A stretch of DNA of 64,000 nt. Origin: Somniosus microcephalus (taxonomy: Eukaryota). Each line of letters opens with the position of its first letter. Position 1 is the first letter of the stretch. The DNA is taken from contig CM126223.1 of NCBI GenBank assembly GCA_052327205.1, forward strand, positions 62,806,001 to 62,870,000, written 5' to 3'. The notes beneath the pieces are model-generated. The model saw nothing but the letters and a program-made list of their open reading frames with translations, did no database searches and was not told where the DNA came from. This document shows positions 36,973 to 48,967 of the stretch, one piece after another. A program made the translations under genes and the position numbers.

Positions 36973-38732
36973 CTTTCAAAGACAAAGGCACAATTTCCCG
37001 CCACCACCCCCACCCCTCGCAACATAAATGTGGCGCAAAACTGTTAACGATGCTGCTGCTTCAGCCCACTCCCCAGCCCATACTGTTTATATATTTTTTT
37101 AAAAAGGTGAAACGTAACTTTGTCATGCAAGTGTACATAGAGCATCAACAATTCCCACCGGCCACTTGAGCACGGCTCCTTCAATGAGTCTCATTTGCAG
37201 GAGATGCAGAGACTGTCTGGCACACCTCCTCGTGGCATCGGCAGAGCCTCGGGAGCAGGTTGCCTTCTCTGCTGGAGATGAAACACAACAGGAGGTGGGC
37301 CCAAGAAACGGGAAGGGGAGAAAATACATTTTTTTTTGGAGGTGGGGAGGAGGAGGAGAGCGAGAAGGGGAAGTCTTGCCCTGTAAGAGTAACAGAAGTG
37401 ATGAGGAGCGCACTCTCTTATTTTGGGTTAAACTATACCATTTATAAAAATATACAAGAATCTTAGAGTGAAAGAATATAAAATGTTGTACATTGGCAGC
37501 CAATTATTGTGTTGCCGGAAGCTAAGGAGCAGCAACCTCCCCCACCCCCTCCTCCCCCACAAACCCTTCCTCTGGGCCATTCCGTACAGCATCATTCCAG
37601 CCCAGTTGGAAGCCTCCATTGATGTCTTTCATCTCTGGCTGTTGGCAAACTCTGAGCTGTTGGGTGTCCTATGTTCCTTCTTGTTTCTCTGCAGCAAACT
37701 GCTGGCGTGAAACCCCCCCTCCCCTCCTCGAGTGCACAGCCCCCGCCCCGGGGCCCCTCGGGGAGGCTATTGCTTCATAGTACTGTACAGTAGTTGAAAT
37801 TTAAAAAGAGCATGTCCCATCGTGGCTGTCTCTTTGAGGGTGAGCTCGGGGCAATTTCCTGCAGCCTGTGTGGTCACACTGGGAAATGCTGCCTTGTTCC
37901 CAGCAGCAGCTGGAGAGCATCAAAAATTAAACCTCCCCTTTTCGGTCGCGTGTTAAATTAATACAAAAAAAAGTATAAATTGGCGCTGCAAGATTTGTAA
38001 TGGGATTATTCAGCGTTACATTCTCGCTGTCAAGCTTGTGTTCCCCTTTCTCCCCCAATCCACTGCAGACTCTTGATGAGAATTAAATGGGACTTTTCAT
38101 GAATAACTTGCCGCTTTATCATCTTCTTTTCCTCTGCTTTGTGCATGTACTTTGTCTAACTTTAATTGTTAATGAAATGAGATTGAGAATCTTGGTTCGG
38201 AGGAATTATCTATGCTACAGCATATATATTGCGTCTTGTGTAATTGTACTTGCATAAGAACATTAATTTTATGGAGATAGTTTCTGGCTGAATCTGACTG
38301 AATAGTACAATTATACAAAAGCTTTCAAATCCCAGGGCGATCTTTCAATTCATGTAACTTGAATTATTTATCTTTTATTTTCCATTCTGTTGGACAACCT
38401 CTTCATTTCTGCTTCATTTTGAAGCCATTTCAAGGCCTCCTCCATGTTGTACAGTGGTAGCTGCAGCCAGGCCAATGATTGAGCCATCCCCTCAGCCACT
38501 TGACTCCCTCCCATCAGATTGCCCCAACTGAGCCTGACTTTCCGCAGGCGCTGATTCACTGGTGATTTAGTGTTGAATGCCGATTTTAAAATCCCTGTGA
38601 GAGACCCATCAATATACTTGCAAATTTTTGAGAGCCAAGCCTGGATCCTGAAAACATTTTTTAAACAAGTTGCTCTAATTCTGCTGGTGAATTAGCTTGG
38701 GTTCCAAGAACCACCTGCAAGTCGCACGCCGT

Positions 38733-38900
38733 CACTGGGTCAAAACCCTGGAACTCCCTCCCTAACAGCACTGTGGGAGTACCTTCACCACACGGACTGC
38801 AGTGGTTCAAGAAGGCGGCTCACCACCACCTTCTCGAGGGCAACTAGGGATGGGCAATAAATGCTGGCATTGCCAGCGACGCCATGTCCCATAAAAATAA
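38733..38900 (+). mobile_element. CR1/L2-group LINE 3' UTR fragment
   Basis: Matches 13895-14050. Confidence 0.8.
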
Positions 38901-40213
38901 TTTTTTAAAAATTTCAACATCTTGTCCACTGGCTTCTGCATTGATGCTGCTTATCCAGGAAGCATCTGCTCGCTGGCTCCAGTGCTTGCGCTGTTTATCC
39001 TGGCAGCAGACTCGCAGACCCAGGGTTTTTTTTTGCGTGTCTGGATCTGCCAACAGAGTAAGGAAGCTGGAAGTTGGTACGGTAAATGCTGGGAGCTGTG
39101 GACGCAGGCGCTGCAATCCACAGTAAAAGCCGCTTTCTTCTACTTAACCGTCGGCCATGTGCCGCCTCGCAAGAGTGTTGAGCCCTTTTTAATGCTGTGT
39201 CGGTGTTTGCTGATCACCGCCGGATAAACACTGGGTCCCTGGGCTTTTCACGCCCCCCGCTCTCATAAATGACTGTGTGAAGCAGACACTTAGACTGACA
39301 CTTGCTGACCAAATGCTCTGCAAGTAACGGCTGGGAATAACACTGGGTCTGCAAACTTGATGGCTTCGTTCATAATCTGCCAGTTTTCCCACCTTCAGCG
39401 GTGCCGTTAACCCTTTTTGTTTTAAACTCCCTTTTGCGAAAGACACAGGTAGTAAATTAGTAGTGAATTTTTTTTTAGATGGTAGTTGGTGATTTTCACT
39501 TTGACCAAGGAGCACAAATGTTCTGCCTGATGATTGAAGTTTTTTTTTACTGTTGTGTCCTCTCTGTACAATGCAGTAATAATAACACCATTTGGCCTCT
39601 TCCTGACACTAAAGATCTGCAATGGTACTTATGACAAATGGGTCTTTAGTAGAGGGGGATCGGGTTGCTCATTAGGTTCAGCACTGGACTTAGGGCAATG
39701 CTCATTAGGTTTGAATCCCGGTAGGATGCATTAATCCTTTCATCTTGAGGTGGTGGGTAAAATAAGCCTGAAGACATGGGGAGGAAACTGGGTCTGAACA
39801 ATGCTTACTACACTGGTGGCTTCTCCTGGCTGCCCAACAACGGAAGAAGGGCACCAGCATTGCACCCAACAGCATGTAATGGAAATTAACCTCTACGTGT
39901 CTCTTTCTCTTCCTCCCCTTTCTCCTATCTCCCAATCAAGTAGACCATGAACTTGTGAAGTAGGGGGCACAATAATTCCTGAACTTCAAACGATAGACAT
40001 ACCCCTCCTCTCAAATAAATTTCTGTTTTGGCCTCTTTAGCTGTGTGTTCCCACTGCAAAAGACATGAACAGAAATTTTAACGTGCGGAAATGTGTTTTT
40101 TTTTTCTACCTGTGTTCATCCTGACAAATAGTCTAATCTCCTTCCCCGCCCCCCCCCCCCACCCTCTTCCCTTTTGCCCCCCCCCCCCCATCAGTCCAGT
40201 ACAAGCCACATAG

Positions 40214-40644
40214 AATTTGCATTTGTACAGCATCTTTCATACCCCAAAATGTTTTCTAGCTATTGAATTACTTATGAAGTTTAGTCACTTATTTCAGACA
40301 AACGCAGCAGCCAATTTGCACGTCTGACGGTCCCGCAAACGTAAATGAGACGAATGGCCAGTTAATTTTGGTGGTAGTCGGAGGGATAAATGTTGGCCAG
40401 CACTCTGGGAAAACTCCTGATCTTCGAATTGTACTCTGGGATCTTTTGTGCCCATTGGGGGGGTTAGATGGGGCCCCTGTTCAACACCTCGTCCAAAAGA
40501 AGGCACCTTCAAAAATGCAGCACCACCCCCCCCCCCCCCCCCCCACCCACTACGGAACTGAAGTGCCAGCCTAGATAATGTGTTCAAGTCCTGGAGTGGA
40601 ACTCGAAATCATGACCTTCTGGCGAGAGTGCTATCACTGAGCCA
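40214..40644 (-). mobile_element. Deu-domain SINE, strongly diverged
   Basis: Recognisable tail, core and head remnants. Confidence 0.65.
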
Positions 40645-41904
40645 AACCCATAGACTTGCAAACTCGGGCTGCTCGTTTTATGGTCAGTGCTGTACATTAT
40701 TTACCAGTATAGAGATTTATGGCTGGGTGGTTGTTGCACTTTATTCTCTTGCTGTGATCAATCTCGACAGAAAGTGCATGTAGCACTGTGGGCATGCCAG
40801 TGCATAGGGCAAAATAAAATGAGGATGATCCTGGGGTGGTTTTTTTCCCCATGCTCCTCCCTCCCTCCCTCTTGCTATTCACAAGGGACCTTGCCAGTGT
40901 AACTCTCCAAGCTAACTGCAGAGATGACTGAGCAAGTTGGTGACGCAGCCCCTGACACTTGGCTCCCAGTGCACGCTGACCTTCACTGAAATATCATGCC
41001 GATTTAGCATTTTTAAAGCTGTTCTGATTTGTACATCTTCTTTCCCTGTTTTGTGTTAACAGGAGTACTGCCAGCATCAGACATGTGATCCTTCTCGAGC
41101 TGGCTGCACTCCATGTAAGAAACTGACTGGCACTGCGGACCCAACGATCTGCTGTTAAGCCCACCCATTCCTGCAAAGTAAATGCAGCAACACCATCACT
41201 CTCTTCTGCCCCAGACATGTGCTGTCTGTTGAGCAACTGGATCTGAACACCATGCAGTGGAGCCCAACAGTGCTATAGAGATAGACACTCGGCGTAAAAT
41301 CATGGGTGATGGTTGCGGGGAGAGAGAGTGATGCAAAGATGTTGTTCCATGGGGACCATTTTAGCCGGTAAGCGTAGAAGTGCTTTCTAATTCTGCAGTT
41401 TGAAACAAGAAATTCAGTGCAGGGCCCAGTGAAACTCCTGGCAATCCTGATATTCCAGAATCTGGGAGTAACCATAGTCTCTCTTTTTATTTTCTCTCTT
41501 ACCAATTTCAGCTGGTACGCTGAGCACTCCTTCGAATAGAATTGGTCCTTGCTTTTAAGGTGTAGATGACTTCACTAAAGAGCTGTAACTAGGCTAATTA
41601 CCAAGGCTGTTCTTCTGGAGACTAAATATTCAATTAAAATCAACTAATTTGCCCTGATCTTTTTTGGGAATGTGATCCAATTAGGAGAATTGGTGCCGTG
41701 TTCTCTCTTTTAATGAGGTGCCTGAGCTAAGTTTTTGGATCAGACTGTGGTAAGTTCATTCTGGCGGCTTTCCCAACACTTCTTGGCCCAGCATTGCAAC
41801 CTGGTGCCTAATCTTGTTGCTCCTTTCCTGCTCGTGCACAGCCTGACTTGTTAATAAAGTTTCCTGCTGGCGCCAGCTTCGGAGCTGGATTTAAAAAAAA
41901 GTTG

Positions 41905-42003
41905 AAAGAACTTGCATTCGTATAGCGCCTTTCACAACCTCTGGACGTCCCAAAGGGTTTTCCAGCCAATGCAGTGCTTTTTGTGAAGCGCAGTAGTGTA
42001 GGA
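41905..42003 (-). mobile_element. Deu-SINE 3' tail fragment
   Basis: ACTTGCATTCGTATAGCGCCTTTCACAACC. Confidence 0.65.
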
Positions 42004-42161
42004 ATAAGGGGGCGGAATCAGGGTGGGGGTTAAGAATAGGTATCGGCTTGATGTTCCAACATTTGCTTTGCTGCTAATGAAAATTTATTAAAACCCTGCT
42101 AATAACTCAATTTTCCACGTAAGACACCAATAAATGGAGAGGGAGTGGATTTATAGATTTT

Positions 42162-42380
42162 AAAACAAAGAAAATACTGCAGATGCTGGAAATCTATAAT
42201 AAAAACAGAAAATGCTGGTAATACTCCAGCAGGTCAGGCAGCATCTGTGAAGAGAGAAACAGAGTTAATGTTTCAGGTCAGAAAGGTCATCAACCTGAAA
42301 CGTTAACTCTGTTTCTCTCTCCACAGATGCTGCCTGACCTGCTGAGTATCTCCAGCATTTTCTGTTTTTATTATAGATTT
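42162..42380. mobile_element. Penelope-derived foldback element
   Basis: ~88-bp inverted arms at 42190-42278 and 42293-42380, made of the Penelope terminal repeat. Confidence 0.8.
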
Positions 42381-42514
42381 TTAAAAACCGGACTAAAATG
42401 GGTGGTTTGCAGCCCGGTCTGACTTTCGCACGGATTGTGCGGCGGGTGGGTTTGGCTCTAATTGCCTTCCCGCATTTCTCTCCTCCCCTTCGTTTGTGTT
42501 CTGTTGCATGTACA

Positions 42515-42586
42515 TAGCGCCCCCTGTGAAGAGCCTTGGGATGTTTTACTATGGTAAAGTTGCTATTTAAATGCAAGTTGTTGTTG
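42515..42586 (+). mobile_element. L2 3' tail
   Basis: CCTGTGAAGAGCCTTGGGATGTTTTACTA...AAATGCAAGTTGTTGTTG. Confidence 0.7.
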
Positions 42587-42803
42587 GGCTGGATTCCACC
42601 GCACTGGAAGCAATCGAAGAACTGAGGTGCCAGATTTTTCTTGCCCAGAATCAGGATTTTTTTTCTCCTCAAATTGTGGCGTTCTCTTGTTTTTCTTTGC
42701 TCAAGCGCACAAATGCATCCAAGACATTCCAGTTGGGTTCTGTTTGGTTATAAGAGATCCTGAAGCACCTCTTGCCCCAGCCTCATTAAGTGTTTAAAAT
42801 GTT

Positions 42804-43576
42804 GGCCCTGAAATTAGGATCGGGCGCTTGCCGCGCGTGCAAGCCCCTGATGTGCACTCACCCGGTGCGCCGACATCTGAAGCCCGGGCCTGCTTGCATT
42901 TCCTGTCACAGGCCCGGTTCAGATGTTGGCGCGCTGTGCTTACCTGATCCAGCAGCGTAGTTAGTGCGATGTGCCGGCTGGGATCAGGTGAGCACTGTGC
43001 AGCCAATCAGGGGAGGGGAAACTTCATTCATGAGTTTTGAGAATAAGAACTGTCAAACTCATATGGGCTGCCAAAACACTACTTAAACTTTAAATAAAAT
43101 TTTTAAAAACATCCCACTGATTATGTTAACTATAAATAAGTTTTAAAAATATTTAAACAATTAATCAAATTTTTGAAAAAAATAAATTTTTTAAAAATAG
43201 GGTCTAAAACTAAACTTCCCTTACTGTAAATTCTTTAAAAATAATAAGCCTGTGGGGGGGAAAAAAATTCTAAATTGTACTAAAAGACCACTTGCCTGTA
43301 AAACTAAGTACTTACGTCTGGTTTTTCCACGCGTAAAAACCGGAGGCCTTTACACTCTGGCAACTCTTGGGGGGGGGGGGGGGGGGGAAGGAATTTCACT
43401 GCGCACGCGCTGCATCACAAGTCGCAAGCATTCTGCCTCTTAACCCCTTGGGTCAGAGGACAGGAAATGCCGGTTTTCAGTGCATGCGCTGTGCATGCTG
43501 AAAACCGGCAATTCCTCCGGGCACACGCGTGAGTACCCCGTCCGTACTCACGCGTTGTGACAGGAATTACTGGGCC
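42804..43576. mobile_element. non-autonomous DNA transposon related to 25754-26382
   Basis: TIRs GGCCCTGAAATT / AATTACTGGGCC; shared internal hairpin GTGAGTACCCC..CGTACTCAC and same overall layout. Confidence 0.7.
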
Positions 43577-44128
43577 GATAAAAGGATTCGATAGGGTAGA
43601 TACAGTGAAACTATTTCCATTGATGGGGCAATGAAGAACGAGGGGACATAATGCTAAAATTAGAGCTAGGCCGTTTAGCAGGGAAATCAGGAAGTGCTTT
43701 TTTTTTTACACACACAGCTGCCATGTGGGAGGGCCTTTCACTTTAATTCACCGCTCCACTGCCATTCAGACCTCGCCGTCCTCGGCCTCTTGCATTGTTC
43801 CATGGAAGCTCAGCGTAAGCTCGAGGAACAGCACCTCATCTTTTGATTAGACACTCTACAGCCTTCTGGACTCAACATAGAGTTCAACAATTTCAGATCA
43901 TAACCTTGGCCCTATATATATAATTTTCCCCCCCCTCCCACATGGCAGCTGTCCTTCATTCTGCCAGCGCAATTCACACGCCATCCTTTGTTGCTTAACC
44001 TGCCCCATTACCACCTCCTCTCGCCTTGAATATCTCTCAATGTCTCTTACTCTCCTGCTTTCTATCCTATCACAGACCTTCCCTTTTTGTTCTTTTATCC
44101 CCAGCCCCTAACTTGCTTTTAAATCTAT

Positions 44129-44471
44129 TGTGGCGGTACCACCGGTTGTCCCTTACATTGAGATACATAATTCCCTTTAACTTACCTTTAAATGTATCTG
44201 TTACTGCACGCAGGCTTCATTCCTGTACTCTGCGTGATGACGTCATGATGTCAGAGCTTGGAACCTGCTGGCAGTTGAGCTCGGAAACTTCTAGTCAGTC
44301 CTCGTGGCGCCCCCGCTGGGGAAAGACCTACACCACGGTACTCCTACAGTCAGCCATCTTACCTGCTACCTTACCTGTTGTATTTAACCTGTTCCTGTAA
44401 ATAAACAACTTATTTATAGTTCGTCGAAGTCGAACTCGATTATTTAGTGGCGATGCACACGAATCGCTACA
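44129..44471 (+). mobile_element. solo LTR (343 bp, Gypsy-like)
   Basis: TGTGGCG...CGCTACA termini, 4-bp TSD CTAT (44125-44128, 44472-44475), AATAAA at 44400-44405. Confidence 0.85.
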
Positions 44472-44497
44472 CTATTCTATTTCCTGCTTTTTTTTCC

Positions 44498-44534
44498 AGT
44501 TCTGACAAAGGGTCTTCGACCTGAAACGTTAACT
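44498..44534 (+). ncRNA. degenerate hammerhead motif (CTGACAA core)
   Basis: Same fold as 18229-18265, but the conserved G8 reads A, consistent with CpG decay. Probably inactive. Confidence 0.5.
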
Positions 44535-45949
44535 CTGTTTCTCTCTCCACGGATGCTGCCTGACCACCTGAGTTTTTCCAGCATTTTTCTGTTATTTCGG
44601 ATTTCCAGCATCCGCAGTATTTTGCTATTGTATTAGTGGTGGGTACATGGAGTTGAGGTACAGATCAAGCCATGATCTAATTGAATGATTAGAGGCAGGC
44701 ATGAGGGGCTGAATGGCCTACTCTTGTTCTTAGGTCTCTCCTGTTCTTTTTCGCACAAGCTGAAACCTCCGCTCACACACCTGTGAAGATCTCCCGTTGC
44801 CTGTCCCACGACTGATGTGTCAATTTGTGCTTGTTAAAATAACAGTTCTGGCTTTTAGAAAAACAGAGGTAACTTTTGTGCGTTGCCGAGCCTGTCACGA
44901 CCAGCACCTGACTGAAAAGTAAAAGGGATGAGTAAGCCCATTAGCTACTAAGTACAGTAGTTTAGGATTTGGTCTGTTGTCACTTAACCCGTGAAGTGGG
45001 GTTAGGTTGCAGGAGGACATGTAAATGAAACAGATTCCAAGGTTCTGGCACGCTGCCTAATACAGGCAGCTACCACTGAGCTGCTTCTGTAAATGTGCGT
45101 GAGGATTACACACTGGAGGGAATGTACAAAAACGCGCTCTTTTTGCAGACATTACAATAGGCAGTAAACGATGATAAAAGGAACCTTTGTATTCGATTTA
45201 GCAGTCAAGATCTAAGCCTCTCTTACATTGGCGCTATTTTAATCCGGTTTCCAGGAGACCAGTCCCTGTGAGCCAGCTCCCGCAGGTTGCACTGCTAAAT
45301 CCCGTTCTCTTATCCCAGCCGGTCACCCAAAGCAGATCTGTCTCAATTTCTTGTGTGTTTAAGATCCAGCTGCCGTAATAAAGGATTTAAGTCGTGAAAG
45401 TACAGGGAGCTGGTGCACCGATGCCAGTCTCTCCGAATCCATAATAGAAGAGCTCTGATTTACTTTGTGAAGAGTTTATTAACGACGCCTCTTTTTTTTG
45501 CATTTAATTCGGTTATTGCTGCGACCCAATATTTACTGACGGGGGGAGGGGGAGCTATTCCCTCTGTACGTGAGTCTTTAAAGAATCTACTCCCAACGAT
45601 TACAGTGATGTTGCTTATAATCTGTGTATCTGCTGCTGTGTGTTTTGTGTGTGCGTTTGTACACACATGCAGTGCTGATAACTAGGTCAAGTGAGTTGGC
45701 GTGTTATGACATCCCATGGCATCCATAAAATGCTACACTTGATTTGCGCACCCGTGGTATGATTTTACTAGCCCAGTTGTGCAATTTTCCACAAAGCGGT
45801 AGAAGGGCTCTTAACAGCCAAACACTTCCCGGAGTTGCCGAGGCAGCTCGTGTGATGGGCTGTTTGACTGCAGGAGGCAGCGCGGCCTGATTTCCCCCCC
45901 CCCCCCACCACACTGACAGTTTTCAGCAAAGGTCGCCGGAGAGCAGAAA

Positions 45950-46080
45950 AGCTGCAACATACTGCAGAAGCAGGAACTCCTGAAACTGAAAAGCTGGAAA
46001 CACTCAGCAGGTCAGGCAACATCTGCGTAGAGAGAAACACATAAGATATTTCGGATATGGGCCCTTCATCAAAACTCAAA
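45950..46080 (-). mobile_element. old Penelope terminal-repeat fragment
   Basis: GCTGGAAACACTCAGCAGGTCAGGCAACATCTG..AGAGAAAC..CCCTTCATCAAAACT. Confidence 0.6.
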
Positions 46081-47527
46081 TATTACACAGATGAACAGCA
46101 TTTTTAAAAAGGAACAGTACAAGGGGAAGTGGTGGGGGTGGAAGAGAATAAAAACCATACACAGGGAAATGAAACATGTAATGTGCTTAATGGAGAACAG
46201 GGGATGGTTAAATGGCAGAGTTGATGGTAACAATCCAAGAAATAAAAGACAAGAATGTAACTGGCTGCAGGGGTGGGGGATAGGCAGGTAGAACAGGAAG
46301 CATGGAAAAAAAACAAAAAAGTGGAGCAAACTCCAGTGGCCCAGGAGCCTAGTAGAAGAAGAAAACCGGTCGCCGCCAAGGGTGCATTTCAAGGGTGACG
46401 GTGAAGGAGCGGCTCAGCGCTTGGGGTGGGCACCACCCACCAGTCGGAACACTGGTGCCTAGCCCACGCTTGTCCATTCATCGTAATGGCGGTGAAATTC
46501 CTGCCTGCCTGTGGTTTCCTGGATGCTTTACCTGGGAGCGCGAGTCACCCGTTGCGTAACTGTGTCTGGAAACGGCCCAAAAATCCTGCTGGTAATGAAA
46601 GCAGCTGTGTAGCTTAATGAGGTGGAGCACAAAGTCAGTTTCTGGGTCAGACACCAAGAATGGTTTATGTGACTGGGCCTGCTGTCACTCAAAAGCTGCC
46701 ATATATAACCTTGATTGACAGCAATTATCCCTTCACAGAATTGCATTTCAGTGCTTGACCTGCAAGTTAACTTCTTCCTCCTAGAAGCTAACCATGGGTA
46801 CAGCTGGACAATGAAAGGGGAGCGAATCCACTCGACGAAAAGACAGGACCGTCCCCAGCAGATCCGCACCGACTGTTTTGTAGCCATCATCTTTAATATC
46901 ACGGTTAGAAGCCTGTTCTGTGTAGGTCAGTACAAGGACACCATTTTACAGCTTGGGTCTCCCTGCCTGCTCCTTTTAGATGTAATTCAAAGACAATTTA
47001 GACTGAAGGAGGAGAAGGTGGGGGGGGAATGCCTTGTTTTCATTCTGGACATATTTATCACGTTTTACCTGACTTGCTGTACGGTGTGTGCACATTAGAC
47101 CGTTTCTATGTTCACCCTTAATTGGATCGCAACGCCTTCAGCTACTTAACCTCAATTCCTCAATGCTCTGATTTGCTATGGTGAGCCGGTCGGGACAAAG
47201 GCCTTCTCCTGGCACCACCCCCCCAGCCCCACCCACATTCACCTTTCCTCATTGCTGCATTAACCCCCCTGTCCGTTGTGACATGTTTATATACAGGCCT
47301 CCGCCATCGCGCCTCTTGTAATTGTGCTGTTGGGCCACGGCCTGCACTTGCCATTAATCTTGTGGATCTTTCTCCTAATGCACTATTGCCATCAATCATT
47401 TCCTGAAGTTAGCTGTGCGCAGATCCTAGTAGAGGTGGTTGATGTCACAGCAGACACGAATGTAGGTTCCGTATGGATGCAGACACTGCTGTCCTGATTC
47501 TGTGATCAGGATTGCACCTTAAGTAAT

Positions 47528-47968
47528 AGAAAGAAAGAAAGACTTGGATTTCTATAGCGCCGTTCATGACCACCGGACGTCTCAAAGTACTTTACAGCCA
47601 ATTAAGTACTTTTGGAGTATAGTCACTGTTGTAATGTGGGAAATGCGGCAGCCAATTTGCGCAATGACCAGATAATCTGTTTTTGTTACGTGGGTTGAGG
47701 GATAAATATTGGCCCAGGACACCGGGGAGAACTTCTCCTACTCTTCGAAATAGTGCCGTGGGATCTTTTACGTCCACCTGAGAGGGCAGACGGGGCCTCT
47801 GTTTAACGTCTCATCCGAAAGACGGCACCTCTGACAGCGCAGCGCTCCCTCAGCACTGCACTGGGAGTGTCAGCCTAGCTTTATGTGCTCAAGTCTCTGG
47901 AGTGGGACTTGAACCCACAACTTTCTGACTCAGAGGCGAGAGTGCTACCCACTGAGCCACGGCTGACA
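47528..47968 (-). mobile_element. Deu-domain tRNA SINE (SacSINE1-like)
   Basis: Complete head and tail with a small core deletion. Confidence 0.88.
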
Positions 47969-48139
47969 ACCTAATAGGGCATCAATACCTCCGCAATTCT
48001 TGCTGTCAGTTATTCTGATGCTACATTTTTTTTTATTTAGTAGCAGTTGCCGAACGGTTTATCAAACCTTAGCTGGTTCCCAGGTACATATTTCCCGATG
48101 CAGATTTGGAACAGTGTAAAACCAGTACAAGCCCGTGTT

Positions 48140-48420
48140 GGTTTGGTTTGGTTGGTAGGACACTCTCTTGAGTTAGAAGGTTACGGGCTCAAATCCCACT
48201 ATGGACTTGAGCACACGATCTATGATGATGCTTCAGTGCCGTACTGAGGGAGTGCTGCATTGCCGGAGGGGGTCCAACATCAAAGTGAGTCTCTTGCTCT
48301 TTAATTGCTTTCTCTGTGGTTTAATGAGAACGAAGGGGGCCCTGTCTGGAGGCTCATGTGGATGTGAAAGACCCACGGCACTGCTCGACGAGGAGCAGGG
48401 AGTTCTCTTGCTGTCTTGGC
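48140..48420 (+). mobile_element. Deu-SINE 5' part, diverged
   Basis: GACTTGAGCAC..CAGTGCCGTACTGAGGGAGTGCTGCATTG. Confidence 0.6.
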
Positions 48421-48454
48421 TCGTGAGCCTTTGGGACTAAATCAGAATGTAGTA

Positions 48455-48967
48455 CAGGAAACACTTTGGTATCCGGCACCGACGGGACCGGCGTGTTGCC
48501 GGTTGATCAAAAATTCCGGATGACCGAGAGGGTTATCTACCGAGGCTATTTTTAAAACACAAATTTTTTTTAAATCAAGAAATGTGCAGTATACAGTAAT
48601 TGGGTACTCACTACAGAATGTTATTAAATGGATGGTGGAAGATGCTTGATTAAGTACAGTACTGCCAGTTGAGGGTAATGCAATGACTACCAGCAGCGTG
48701 GGAGACACACAGTACCCCTGTAAAATGGCAGATCAGAAGAGACTATCGGCAGCGCGGGAGAGTCAGACTCCTGTTACGGGGGGATTGAGGTGTTCCGACT
48801 TCCGACAGCACCAAGAAGCCGAGTAGTGGCAGTTTGGAGAACTACCCCCACTGACTAACCCGGCCACCGCGGGAGACTCGGACTCGGCAACATTGCCGGT
48901 TATTGAGGTGTTGTTTTCGGAGTGAGAATTTTGCCGGTTAATAGAGAATTCCGGATATTTAGGAACC
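48455..48967 (-). mobile_element. Tc1/mariner (Tigger/pogo-like) non-autonomous element, one end clipped
   Basis: TA-CAGGAAAC terminus and CCGG-rich subterminal repeats matching 50507 and 54950 in reverse orientation; longer, different interior. Confidence 0.65.

Larger units (their letters stand above)
43714..44635 (+). mobile_element. Penelope 3' fragment with short inverted 5' segment
   Basis: GIY-YIG C-terminus (EAQRKLEEQHLIF..LQPSGLNIEFNNFRS*) and terminal repeat. A 20-bp inverted repeat lies at 43714-43733 and 43933-43952. Confidence 0.8.
43578..44732 (+). mobile_element. CR1 3' fragment interrupted by a Penelope fragment
   Basis: CR1 coding end at 43578-43712 (GFDRVD..KLFP..RTRGH) and CR1 tail at 44637-44732. 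Confidence 0.7.
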
